Shown here: piece after piece, positions 51,938-61,361 of the stretch
Layout of the letters: the number at the start of each line of letters is the position of its first letter
How positions within the stretch are numbered: position 1 is the first letter of the stretch
Origin: an uncultured delta proteobacterium
GTDB taxonomy: Bacteria; Myxococcota; B64-G9
DNA: 64,000 bases
Direction: 5' to 3'
Assembly (NCBI GenBank): GCA_963754925.1
Contig: CAVWHX010000001.1
Coordinates: 160,001-224,000 of the forward strand
Notes under the pieces: model-generated
What the model was told of the DNA's origin: nothing
What the model saw: only the letters and a program-made list of their open reading frames with translations
The model's database searches: none
Translations under genes and position numbers: made by a program

Positions 51938-52010
51938 GAGCCGCTAGCTCAGTCGGTAGAGCATCAGACTTTTAATCTGAGGGCCAAGGGTTCGACTCCC
52001 TTGCGGCTCA
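51938..52010 (+). tRNA. tRNA-Lys (anticodon TTT)
   Basis: Acceptor GAGCCGC/GCGGCTC, D arm AGCTCAGTCGGTAGAGC, anticodon arm TCAGA-CTTTTAA-TCTGA, GGTTCGACTCC. No encoded CCA. Confidence 0.96.
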
Positions 52011-52029
52011 TTTGACAATTAAGTGGCGT

Positions 52030-52103
52030 GTCCCCATCGTCTAGCCCGGTTAGGACACAGGCCTTTCACGCCTGCAACAGGGGTTCGAATCCCCTTGGGG
52101 ACG
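52030..52103 (+). tRNA. tRNA-Glu (anticodon TTC)
   Basis: Acceptor GTCCCCA/TGGGGAC, anticodon arm CAGGC-CTTTCAC-GCCTG, GGTTCGAATCC. No encoded CCA. Confidence 0.96.
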
Positions 52104-52132
52104 TAGCTATTCATAACCCCCGGAGAGTCTCG

Positions 52133-53138
52133 ATGGCACTCGAAGACGATATCACTGAAATCAAGAAAGAAATCATCGAGTCCCACAACCTCGTCATCAA
52201 AACGGACAACCTCATCAAGAGTCTCTCGGCCGAGATTCGCCAGATCCAAAAGAAACAGGAAACCTACGAACGCAAATATATCTTTAACTCGGTGGTCGCG
52301 TATATCCTGTTTGTCGTGATCATTTTTGTCGGGCTCTATATAGCTTTTGACGCCAAAGTTGGCGTGGTCCGCCGCGAGAAGGAAATAGAAATTGAAAACG
52401 CCAAAAAAGCGCGGGCCGAGGCAAACGAGCTTCAAAATAAACTATCAACGCGTAGCCAGCAGGAGCGACAGGCCGATGAGTTTCTGAAACTCAAACAAGA
52501 AAATCGCGAGGCCGATGCTCTCAAAGCTGCTGATCAACTTGACCTTAACCTTCTTTCTCCGCTGCTGGCTCAAATTGTTAGCAAGGAATGCGATGAGCTG
52601 CGCACCCGCATGGCGGAGCGTTTCTATGAAGAGGGCAAGAATAACTTTCAAGAAAATCGGCTTGAAGCGGCCATTCGGGCGTTTGATAAGGCGCTCGAAA
52701 TCAAACCGCCAGCCAACATTGTTTTTTAGGGCCCAGTACCTTCGCGGTCATGCCCTGATACGACTCAACCGCAGCGGCATGGCGGCGGAAGCTTTTTTAG
52801 CTGCGGCTGAGGCCGATCCGAAAAACCAATTGGTCGACGAGATAACCTTTCTCAGCGGCGACGCCCTTGAAAACGCCGGGAATGTTCCTCAGGCGATGAT
52901 CGCCTTTCGTAAGGTATGCAACGATTCTCCGGATTCCAAATTTAAATTTCAAGCATGTCGGCGACTCGAAAAGCTTGGGCCCAAGGCAGCCGGGCCGGTA
53001 ACGGAGCCGCCTGTTGGTAGAGTGGCGCCGACGACTCCAGCGGCCCCCGTTACAACCCCGGCGCCAGGTCAAAAGCCACCACCCGTTCCGGCGGGGACGC
53101 AAGCGCCAGCAGCAAAGCCTCAACCGGCGGCCCATTAA
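52133..53138 (+). CDS. Membrane-anchored coiled-coil/TPR protein (indel in the poly-T at ~52725)
   Basis: N-terminal coiled coil, one TM, TPR helices across ORFs 52028..52729 and 52515..53138, and a Pro/Ala tail. Confidence 0.7.
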
Positions 53139-53164
53139 TACTGTAGCCTACTGCGTAACTGTGG

Positions 53165-53773
53165 TTAATTCCCTACGGTGGTCGGGGGTGATCGGGGTTC
53201 TTCAACGAGCGTTCGGGCGCGTTCGATTAACCCAGCCAGGTCTCTGAGTGGTTGGGCGTACTGAATTACAAATCGTTTGGTAAGCCGCGTTTGAAGGGAA
53301 TGCAACGTATCCAAACGGTTGTATATCTCGGCTAAAATTCCCATGGTTGGATCCCGTTCGTATTCAAACTCAGTCAACCGGCAGAAACTACCCAACGTCT
53401 CATATTTTTTACGCCATTCCACGGACCAGGCATTCCAACTTGCAAGAACAATGTCTCGGGCCTGGCCGCTGGTATACGCCAAACGAACATGGTCGTTTAA
53501 TTCGTTGTGAAGACTCTCAAGCGCCAAAAAGCAGTCTCGCTTCTGGATCAAACTGATTTCGGACAGCGATTTCGGCCCTTCCAACGCGGCGTTGATGTCC
53601 GGATAACGGTCATAGATGTTGGTGGCAATCCCCACGAAAATACATACCGCAACAAAGACCATCACTGCGATGAAAGCAAGATACACGGTCCATCGGAACT
53701 TCCGTAGGAACGTCCATTTTTCCCTCGGTTTAATGAATTTCTTGAGTTTGCTCACGAGGTGGCAAGCTATCAA
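53165..53773 (-). CDS. Hypothetical single-pass membrane protein
   Basis: One TM segment followed by a helical domain; start uncertain. Confidence 0.6.
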   Translation of the reverse strand: MIACHLVSKLKKFIKPREKWTFLRKFRWTVYLAFIAVMVFVAVCIFVGIATNIYDRYPDINAALEGPKSLSEISLIQKRDCFLALESLHNELNDHVRLAYTSGQARDIVLASWNAWSVEWRKKYETLGSFCRLTEFEYERDPTMGILAEIYNRLDTLHSLQTRLTKRFVIQYAQPLRDLAGLIERARTLVEEPRSPPTTVGN

Positions 53774-53995
53774 AGACTTTCCCTGAATGTCAACGAGTAC
53801 GCTTTGGTCTGCACATTCTGCCCTCTCACCAGCGATATATGATTCAGTGTAACTAGTCTATTGTGCGATAAAATAAGCTAACTGATTCACGAGTCAATCT
53901 ATCGCTTGACAAAGAGGTGCTCGCCGCGCTAATAATTCATTGGTGCTGGGGAATTTCCCCGGCCAACACGGTTGTTTTAGACGGGAGAAAGCACC

Positions 53996-54292
53996 ATGGG
54001 CACGCGAGCACACGTACTGGTTAAGGTTGTAGAAAGTCTTGATCGAGAAGGTATTATTCAATTGGTTCAGGGTATCGAGGAGCTTGATGAGGTGATGTTT
54101 GTCGAGCCGGTGACTGGCGCGTTTGACTTGATTGTCAGCGTCGAAGCCAGGTCATCAGTCGAGGAGGTCGTGGAAAAGATTAAACCGCTTGCGGGCATCG
54201 CAACGGTTGAGGCACTTAAAGTCAATCCAATTTTTCCGCGCGAAAGGATGAGAAAAAACATCTCAAAACTACCTCTCAAGGCACGGGGCTAG
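53996..54292 (+). CDS. Stand-alone Lrp/AsnC ligand-binding-domain protein
   Basis: AHVLVKV...VEPVTGAFDLIVSVEA...I..LAGI; no HTH. Confidence 0.75.
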   Translation: MGTRAHVLVKVVESLDREGIIQLVQGIEELDEVMFVEPVTGAFDLIVSVEARSSVEEVVEKIKPLAGIATVEALKVNPIFPRERMRKNISKLPLKARG

Positions 54293-54448
54293 AGGTTGTT
54301 GCCGAGCGAAGCAAGGCAAGGCTTACAAGCTCTTGTCCTGTGGACTAGAGATTGTTACCAAGCAAAGCGAAGTTCACCATCTCTTGTCTCACGGGCTAGA
54401 GGTTGTTGCCGAGTGAAGCAAGGCCCACCATCGATTGTTCTATTAGAG
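54290..54448 (+). repeat. Array of three increasingly degenerate TAGAG hairpin elements
   Basis: TAGAG at 54290, 54346, 54397 and 54444. Units gaggttgttgccgagcgaagc...cttacaagctct and similar. The last TAGAG runs into the AGGAG RBS of the next gene. Confidence 0.8.
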
Positions 54449-54458
54449 GAGCACGCGT

Positions 54459-54973
54459 ATGACAACTTGCACCGCACCAGAAAATGAGCACATAGACGTA
54501 TCGGTTATCGATCGAGTAGTAACCCGCTATGGAAAAGGCGCTGGTTCGCTGATTCCCGTTCTCCAGAAGACCCAGGACGAACTTGGGTACCTGCCACGGC
54601 AAGCGCTCATGCGCATTGCCATGATGTTACGCGTCCCTGCGAGCACGGTGTTTGGGGTTGTGACCTTCTACGCCCAATTCAGGCTGAAACCGGTTGGCAA
54701 GTACATCATCCGGGTATGCCACGGCACTGCCTGCCATGTGGCAGGAGCCCAAAAGATCACCGAGGCCTTCGAGCGCGATCTTTGTGTCAAGGACAACCAG
54801 ACCACGGCCGATAGGCTGTTCACCCTTGAATCGGTGGCCTGTTTGGGGTGCTGCAGCCTCGCGCCGGTAGCTATGGTTCAGAAGAGACCTACGGAAGGCT
54901 TACGGGCGACCGGGTCGGCAAGATTGTGGCTGAGTACCGTTCGAAGGAGCAACCCGCGGGACGGGTCGCGTAG
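54459..54973 (+). CDS. NuoE/HydC-like [2Fe-2S] subunit (StnA-like; indel ~54880)
   Basis: LIPVLQKTQDELGYLP, VVTFYAQF, VCHGTACHVAGA, VACLGCCSLAP. The tail ETYGRLT...RVA* is in the alternate frame. Confidence 0.88.
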
Positions 54974-55068
54974 TACGCAGCGTCATCCGGGTCCTCACGA
55001 TACTGTCTGTGTAGGATGGTGAGGGCTACTTTCTGACAACAACGAGACTACACCAAAAGGAATGCCGT

Positions 55069-56858
55069 ATGCACACCGAACATCAAAAAACACAAGTCCT
55101 TGTGGGATTGGGAGCATGTGGTATCGCCGCCGGGGCTCATAAAACGCTCGATTCCTTGGAACAGGGCATCGCCGCTCGGGGTCTCGACGTCGAGCTCGGC
55201 ATCGTGGGTTGCATGGGAATGTGTTATCGCGAGCCGTTGGTCGAAATCCGCAGTCCCGGTCAGCCCCGTGCGATTTACATGGAAATCTCCGCCGAGCGGG
55301 TCGCTCGCCTGTTGGACGAAGGCGTGCGAGAGGGGAAGATTATCCAGGAATGGCTCGCCCACGGCGAGGGGTTGGTCGGCAACGAAGACGCCTTTTTAGC
55401 TAAGCAGCATAGGATCGTCTTACGCAACTGCGGGGTAATCAACCCCGAAAACATCGATGACTACCTCGCGGCCGGGGGATATCAAGCCATCGAGAAAGTG
55501 TTGCGCTCGATGTCTCCGGCGCAGGTGGTGGACGAGGTTAAAGAGAGCGGGTTACGCGGCCGGGGCGGGGCAGGTTTTTCAACCGGGACCAAGTGGTCGT
55601 TTTGCGCTTCCAGTCCCGGCGACGTCAAATACATCATTTGCAACGCCGATGAGGGTGACCCCGGGGCGTTTATGGATCGTTCGGTGCTCGAGAGCGATCC
55701 CCACGCGGTGCTCGAAGGGATGATCATTGCGGGCTACGCCATTGGCGCGCACGACGGTTACATCTATTGCCGGGCGGAGTACCCGATAGCCATCCACCGG
55801 CTTACCATTGCCCTCGCGCAAGCCGAAAAGCGCGGATTCCTCGGCGACCGGATACTGGGCACGGACTTTGCGTTTCATATCAAAATCAAGGAAGGCGCCG
55901 GTGCCTTTGTCTGTGGCGAGGAAACGGCGTTGATGGCGTCGATCGAGGGTCAACGCGGCATGCCGCGGCTGCGGCCGCCGTTCCCGGCGGTATCCGGCCT
56001 GTGGAAGAAGCCGACCAACATCAACAACGTCGAAACCTTCGCCAATGTGCCCTGGATCATCAATAACGGCGGGCAGGCCTTCGCCGCGCTCGGCACCGAG
56101 AAAAGCAAGGGCACGAAAGTCTTCGCCTTGGCCGGCAAGGTCAACCGGGGCGGATTGGTTGAGGTGCCGATGGGCACGACCTTGCGCCAGATGGTCTTGG
56201 AGATGGGCGGGGGCATCGTGGGCGGTAAGAAGCTCAAAGCCGTGCAGATGGGCGGCCCATCGGGCGGCTGCATTCCCGCGCGGTCCCTGGCCGACACGCC
56301 CATGGACTACGACTCGCTAACAAACCGGCGCGATCATGGGCTCGGGCGGCATGGTGGTCATCGACGAGACCACCTGCATGGTGGATGTGGCCAGATTCTT
56401 TCTGGAGTTCACCCAGAAGGAATCGTGCGGCAAATGCACGTTTTGCCGGATCGGCACCAAGCGCATGCTTGAAATACTCGACGCGTATTACCCAGGGAAA
56501 GGGGCGCGACGGTGATATGCAGCTCTTGACTGAGCTGGCCGAGACCATCAAGCGCAGCTCGCTCTGCGGCCTCGGGCAAACCGCGCCCAACCCGGTGCTC
56601 ACGACGATTCGCTACTTCCGGGACGAGTACGAGGCGCATATCAAGGAAAAGCGCTGCCCGGCCATGGCGTGTCGCGCCTTGATTGTCTATCGGGTGATTC
56701 CTGAGAAATGCCCCGGCTGCCAGGTTTGTTTGAAGGTGTGCCCGGCACAGGCGATCACTGGCGGCAAAAAGATCGTGCATGTTATCGATCCGGAGAAATG
56801 CACCCGATGTGGCCTATGCATGGAAAAATGCCGGCTTGGCGCCATCGAAGTGGTTTAG
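55069..56858 (+). CDS. NuoF/HydB-like FMN/NADH-binding subunit with C-terminal 2x[4Fe-4S] (StnB-like; indels ~56322 and ~56480)
   Basis: [84 protein letters not shown]. Confidence 0.9.
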
Positions 56859-56910
56859 AGCCCGTTACGACCGAAGGGAGTTACGGGCTCTTCCCCGTAG
56901 GGGGTTAGAG
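56856..56910 (+). repeat. TAGAG hairpin element, 50-bp unit starting at the TAG stop of the NuoF-like gene
   Basis: tagagcccgttacgaccgaagggagttacgggctcttccccgtagggggttagag. Confidence 0.85.
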
Positions 56911-56937
56911 AATGTCAAATATGAGGAGGCAACACCA

Positions 56938-59900
56938 ATGACTGAACAACTAAAACTAGTGCTTGATGGAGAAGAGGTGGCGGCAGCGACGGATGAGACC
57001 ATTCTGACGGTGGCCCGACGCATGGGCAAGCACATTCCGACCTTATGCCATGATCCGCGGTTGGAGCCGTTTGCCTCGTGTTATTTGTGTCTGGTGGAGT
57101 TGGAGGGAAGACCCGGTTTCGTGCCCTCGTGCTCAACCAAAGTTACCGCCGGCATGAAGGTCAAAACCGACTCAGAGCAAATCCAGAAGGCCCGTAAGCT
57201 GTGCCTGGAGTTGCTCATGTCCGCCCACAACGCCGACTGCGTGGCTCCCTGCCGCCTCCAGTGTCCGGACAACATTGATGTCCAAAGCTACGTCGCCGCT
57301 ATTGCCATTGGCGAATTTGATGAAGCGCTGCGGATTATCAAGCGCACGAACCCGTTTCCATCGGTTTGTGGGCGGGTATGTCCCCACACCTGCGAGCTCC
57401 AGTGCCGGCGCAACAAGGTCGACGAGCCGGTAGCGGTAAATCCCTTGAAGCGTTTTGTCGCGGACCTCGATGCTGCGTCCGAGAAACCATACCTGCCGCC
57501 GGTTGCGCCCGAGACCGGCAAGCGGGTCGCCATAGTCGGAGCTGGTCCGGCAGGATTAACCGCTGCCTACTACCTACGCCAGAAAGGCCATACCGTCACG
57601 GTTTTTGAAATGAACGACCAGGCGGGCGGCATGCTGCGCTACGGCATACCGCGCTACCGTTTGCCGGACACGGCGCTGGATGCGGAAATAGGCAATATCT
57701 TGGCGCTGGGGATTACCCTCAACTGCAACAAAACACTTGGTAAAGATTTCACCCTGGCGAGTTTGAAACGCGACGGTTACGATGCTGCGTTCCTGACGGT
57801 CGGAGCCTGGGTTTCTTCGAAAATGGATGTTGCCGGGGAACATCTGCCGGGGGTTCTGGCCGGTATTCACTTTCTGTACGATGTCGCGACCGGCAAGAGA
57901 CCCGACCTCGGCAAACGCGTGGTGGTCGTCGGCGGCGGGAACACGGCGATCGATGCCGCCCGCACCTCAATGCGGTTGGGCGCCGACGTGACCATCCTGT
58001 ATCGGCGCACCCGCAAAGAAATGCCGGCCGAAGCGTTCGAGGTGGACGAAGCCGAGCGCGAGGGCGTCACGATGCATTTCTTGGCTGCGCCGGTGAAACT
58101 CATCGAGAGCAAGGGTCGGGTAAGCGCCATCCAATCTCTGCGGATGGAACTCGGCGAGCCGGACGCCTCGGGTCGCCGCCGACCGGTGCCTATCCCCGGA
58201 AGCGAGTTCGAGGTGCCGGCGGACACCGTTATCGCCGCCATCGGCCAGAGACCCAATGCAGCGGTGTGGAACGAACCGGATGGCCCTCTCGCCACGAAAT
58301 GGGCTACGGTCGCTGCCGACGAGACCACGTATCAGACCGAGCGCCCGTGGATTTTTACGGCCGGCGATTGTCTGACCGGGGCATCGACGGCCATTGAAGC
58401 CATCGCCGGCGGGCGTAAAGCGGCTATCTCGATCGATCGGTTTCTCAAAGGATTACAGCCGTTGCCGATCGGCAAGCCGTTTTCCGATTCGATCGGTCGG
58501 CTTGAAGATCTGGACGAAGACCTGTTTGCCAATGTTCCAAAAGTGCCGCGCTCAAAAATGATGCATCTGCCTTTTGATCAGCGCCGGGAAAATTTTCAAG
58601 AGGTCGAGTTCGGCATCGCCCGGGACGCCGTTGTGGCCGAAGCCAACCGCTGCCTTGAGTGCGGCTGTCAAGGGGCGGAGGTATGCAGCTTGCGCGAGGT
58701 AAGCGACGGGTTCGGGGTACGGCTGGATCGGTTTAAGAGCAGCCGTTTTGTCCACCCGGTGCGTGACGATCACCCATTCATCAGATTCGATCAGAACAAA
58801 TGTATTTTGTGCGGTCGGTGCGTACGGATTTGCCTTGAGCAACAAGGTCTTGGGGCGTTGGGCTTTGTTAACCGCGGATTTGACACGGTGATACAGCCAA
58901 GCCTTTCACAGCCATTGCTTCAGACCGATTGCGATGCCTGCGGCCAATGTGTTTCTTCATGCCCGACCGGGGCGTTTGCGGTAAAACGTTTCTTATCAAA
59001 GCCAGGCCCATTTTTTGCGGACTGCACCTCGGTGGTGTGTGGTTTCTGCGGGGTCGGTTGCAGCTTGGAGATCGAATCCATGCGCGGGCGCTATCTGCGC
59101 GCTAAAACCGACCCGGGTCATGGGCATAACCGCGGTAATCTGTGTGTGGATGGCAGTTTCGGCCATCGCTATCTGGAAACATTGCCGCGATTGCTTGCTC
59201 CCCGCCGGGGACGGGGCAAAAAGAGTCGGACGGTTGCGTGGGAAGAAGCGCTCGCCGCGGCGGCTGCGGGACTGAAGGAAGCTGCGGCAAAAGGGTTGGC
59301 GGTGATAGTCAACGGACCGCTGACCAATGAAGCTGCTTACCTTCTCCAGCGCCTGGCGCGAGTAGGCCTGCATACCAACCACCTGTTCTCGCTTGATGGG
59401 CCGTTGGATGCGGCTGCCTTTGAGCAGGCGGTTCGCGATCACGCCCAAGCGCTGACACTCGACGATCTGAGAAGCGCTAATCTCCTTTGGGTGGTGGGCG
59501 CCGATCCCTTTGAATATGCGCCGGTGGTGGGAATCGAGCTGTACGTTGCAATGCAGGCGGGGACGCGGTTGGTGATGTTGGGCTCCCGGCCGAGCCGGCT
59601 CGATGAAAAAGCAGCGAGGGTCGTGCGCATACCAGACGATCGATTACCAAAGTTTTTAGCATCGCTTGAGCGGTACGCCGACTCGGGCGCCGTGAAGGAT
59701 TTGAATCCGGCGGCAGGTCTCGCAGCAATACAGAATCGTCACCTGGCTGAACTGGTCGCTCAGCTCAAACAAGCAAGCCTGCCCGTGGTCGTGCTTCCTG
59801 ATTCATTGGAGCCGAATACCGTACTTTCGTTAATGAAATTGCTGTCTCGTCTCAACAAGAATAATCGCACCCTGGTGCTGCGTCGTGGTGGCAACGCCCA

Positions 59901-60423
59901 GGGACGGCTCGACATGGGAATCCACCCGGTTTTATTGCCCGGTCAGAGTGATATACGCCACATTGTTGCCAGAGAGCGTTTTGAGAAGGTCTGGGGCCAA
60001 AGCCTGCCGGTCAGCCCGGGGTTATCGGGCAACGAACTACTTAAGGCTCTCAAAAAAGACGTCATGGGCGGCGCGTTGCTGATTAACACCGATCCGTATG
60101 GATGGCCTCTGCCAGGCAACAGCTTGCATAGAAAGCTCTTCGTGGTGGCCGCTGACCTAGCGCCTGGCGCACTTGCCGAGAGCGCCGATGTCCTGTTGCC
60201 GTCCGCTGGGTTGGCCGAAGAGTCGGGGACCGTATGTACTCACGATCACCGGCTCCTGAGAACGAGGGCGGTACGACCACCGGTGGGTGGCAAAACTATG
60301 TTTGAGCTGGTGCGAGACCTCTCTGCCGCCCTGGATCAAAAACCTCAGGTGAGCGATCCCGCCGCGTGCTGGACTGAGCTGGGATATATTGATAAGCGCT
60401 TCGATGTGCAAAAAGCTTCTTAG
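56938..60423 (+). CDS. Large Fe-S flavoprotein: [2Fe-2S], GltD/NfnB-like FAD/NADP domain, 2x[4Fe-4S] and a NuoG/FdhF-like cofactor-less domain (StnC-like)
   Basis: IPTLC..SCYLC..SC, APCRLQCP, CGRVCPHTCE, VGAGPAG, GGGNTAID, YRR, CILCGRCVRIC, CDACGQCVSSCP, CGFCGVGC, GNLC. GAGGAGG RBS. Confidence 0.88.
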   Translation: MTEQLKLVLDGEEVAAATDETILTVARRMGKHIPTLCHDPRLEPFASCYLCLVELEGRPGFVPSCSTKVTAGMKVKTDSEQIQKARKLCLELLMSAHNADCVAPCRLQCPDNIDVQSYVAAIAIGEFDEALRIIKRTNPFPSVCGRVCPHTCELQCRRNKVDEPVAVNPLKRFVADLDAASEKPYLPPVAPETGKRVAIVGAGPAGLTAAYYLRQKGHTVTVFEMNDQAGGMLRYGIPRYRLPDTALDAEIGNILALGITLNCNKTLGKDFTLASLKRDGYDAAFLTVGAWVSSKMDVAGEHLPGVLAGIHFLYDVATGKRPDLGKRVVVVGGGNTAIDAARTSMRLGADVTILYRRTRKEMPAEAFEVDEAEREGVTMHFLAAPVKLIESKGRVSAIQSLRMELGEPDASGRRRPVPIPGSEFEVPADTVIAAIGQRPNAAVWNEPDGPLATKWATVAADETTYQTERPWIFTAGDCLTGASTAIEAIAGGRKAAISIDRFLKGLQPLPIGKPFSDSIGRLEDLDEDLFANVPKVPRSKMMHLPFDQRRENFQEVEFGIARDAVVAEANRCLECGCQGAEVCSLREVSDGFGVRLDRFKSSRFVHPVRDDHPFIRFDQNKCILCGRCVRICLEQQGLGALGFVNRGFDTVIQPSLSQPLLQTDCDACGQCVSSCPTGAFAVKRFLSKPGPFFADCTSVVCGFCGVGCSLEIESMRGRYLRAKTDPGHGHNRGNLCVDGSFGHRYLETLPRLLAPRRGRGKKSRTVAWEEALAAAAAGLKEAAAKGLAVIVNGPLTNEAAYLLQRLARVGLHTNHLFSLDGPLDAAAFEQAVRDHAQALTLDDLRSANLLWVVGADPFEYAPVVGIELYVAMQAGTRLVMLGSRPSRLDEKAARVVRIPDDRLPKFLASLERYADSGAVKDLNPAAGLAAIQNRHLAELVAQLKQASLPVVVLPDSLEPNTVLSLMKLLSRLNKNNRTLVLRRGGNAQGRLDMGIHPVLLPGQSDIRHIVARERFEKVWGQSLPVSPGLSGNELLKALKKDVMGGALLINTDPYGWPLPGNSLHRKLFVVAADLAPGALAESADVLLPSAGLAEESGTVCTHDHRLLRTRAVRPPVGGKTMFELVRDLSAALDQKPQVSDPAACWTELGYIDKRFDVQKAS

Positions 60424-60445
60424 CGGAGGCGGAGCATTTCTCGCG

Positions 60446-60766
60446 TTACTTCTTGAAAAGAGCCTCAAGCTTGCTCTTGGCTGATACGACGTCCTCGGTT
60501 GCTCCCAGAGGACCGCTTCGTATTTCAAACGAGGCGCAAAAGTTTGCTTTCTCCCGATCGGGAACATACTCGGTCATGTTTTCGCGGCATTGATTGTGCG
60601 CGCTGGGGTCCCAAAAGCGGCAATTCTTGCAGCAGCGTAGGTCCATATCACAACTGGGGCAGGTGTCCTCACGGACCACCTTGTCGAAAAGTACTATTTC
60701 GTCTCCGCATTTCCAACAGAACAATGTTTTTTTTGTCGTTGTCACGGGTTTCTCCCTAACGCCCAA
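60446..60766 (-). CDS. Small Cys-rich (zinc-ribbon-like) conserved hypothetical protein
   Basis: CWKCG, CPSC, CCKNCRF, QCRE, NFC. Confidence 0.7.
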   Translation of the reverse strand: MGVREKPVTTTKKTLFCWKCGDEIVLFDKVVREDTCPSCDMDLRCCKNCRFWDPSAHNQCRENMTEYVPDREKANFCASFEIRSGPLGATEDVVSAKSKLEALFKK

Positions 60767-61065
60767 CCATACGAATGGATGCTATCGCATGTTTTGTGAT
60801 CAAGTGCAAGTTCACCCTACGGGCAGGGGCGCGGTTCAGTATCGGGTGGGGGAGATCGTGCTGTTGACCTTGAGTTGGTCGAACGGCGACTGTCCAGCAT
60901 CGCTCGGAACTTGACTTGGGAGACACGGAATAGGTACATTAACGCAAGGAATAAGTATCGAAATGTTCTGTTTCCAAAGAGTTGCGAGATCAGAAGGTAC
61001 TCCATCGACCGCGTCGTGGCTCGATGAGAAGGCCCGCCGTTAGGTATACGGGGGAGGTTTTGGAT

Positions 61066-61260
61066 ATGCGGCAATTTAATGGGGTAAAAGTGTTTTCCGC
61101 CACTCTCGCACGAAACCGAGAGGAGTTAGGGGACACGGTTTCAGAGTGGCTTAAAGAACATCCGCGCTGTCAGATCGCCGATATGCGCGTTGTTCAATCC
61201 AGTGATCGCGAGTTTCACTGTATCTCACTGGTATTGTTCTATAACGAACCCGGCACCTGA
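61066..61260 (+). CDS. Small conserved hypothetical protein
   Basis: GGAGG RBS; FNGVKVFSAT...REELG...VVQSSDREFHCIS. Confidence 0.7.
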   Translation: MRQFNGVKVFSATLARNREELGDTVSEWLKEHPRCQIADMRVVQSSDREFHCISLVLFYNEPGT

Positions 61261-61361
61261 GACAGCCTCCGTGGTTCTTTGGTCCTTCGGAGGGCCATCT
61301 TTAATGGGCGACAGGTGAGCCTTCGACGTGGTTGAGTGCAGGGAAAGGGCCGGTTGGAGCG

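Noticed and set aside
45899..52103. tRNA-anchored genomic island
   Set aside because: No integrase and no duplicated tRNA 3' end seen; the cluster lies 5' of the tRNAs.
52028..52132. N-terminal extension of ORF 52028..52729
   Set aside because: It overlaps tRNA-Glu; the real start is more likely ATG 52133 after GGAG.
54290..54448. CRISPR array
   Set aside because: Whole units are homologous to each other and to dispersed copies; there is no repeat-spacer alternation.
54459..56858. Respiratory complex I nuoEF
   Set aside because: No other nuo genes are adjacent, and the extra ferredoxin domains and GltD-fusion partner indicate a soluble complex.
56938..60423. Formate dehydrogenase or [FeFe]-hydrogenase catalytic subunit
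   Set aside because: No Cys/Sec Mo-ligand motif, no in-frame TGA and no H-cluster motifs.
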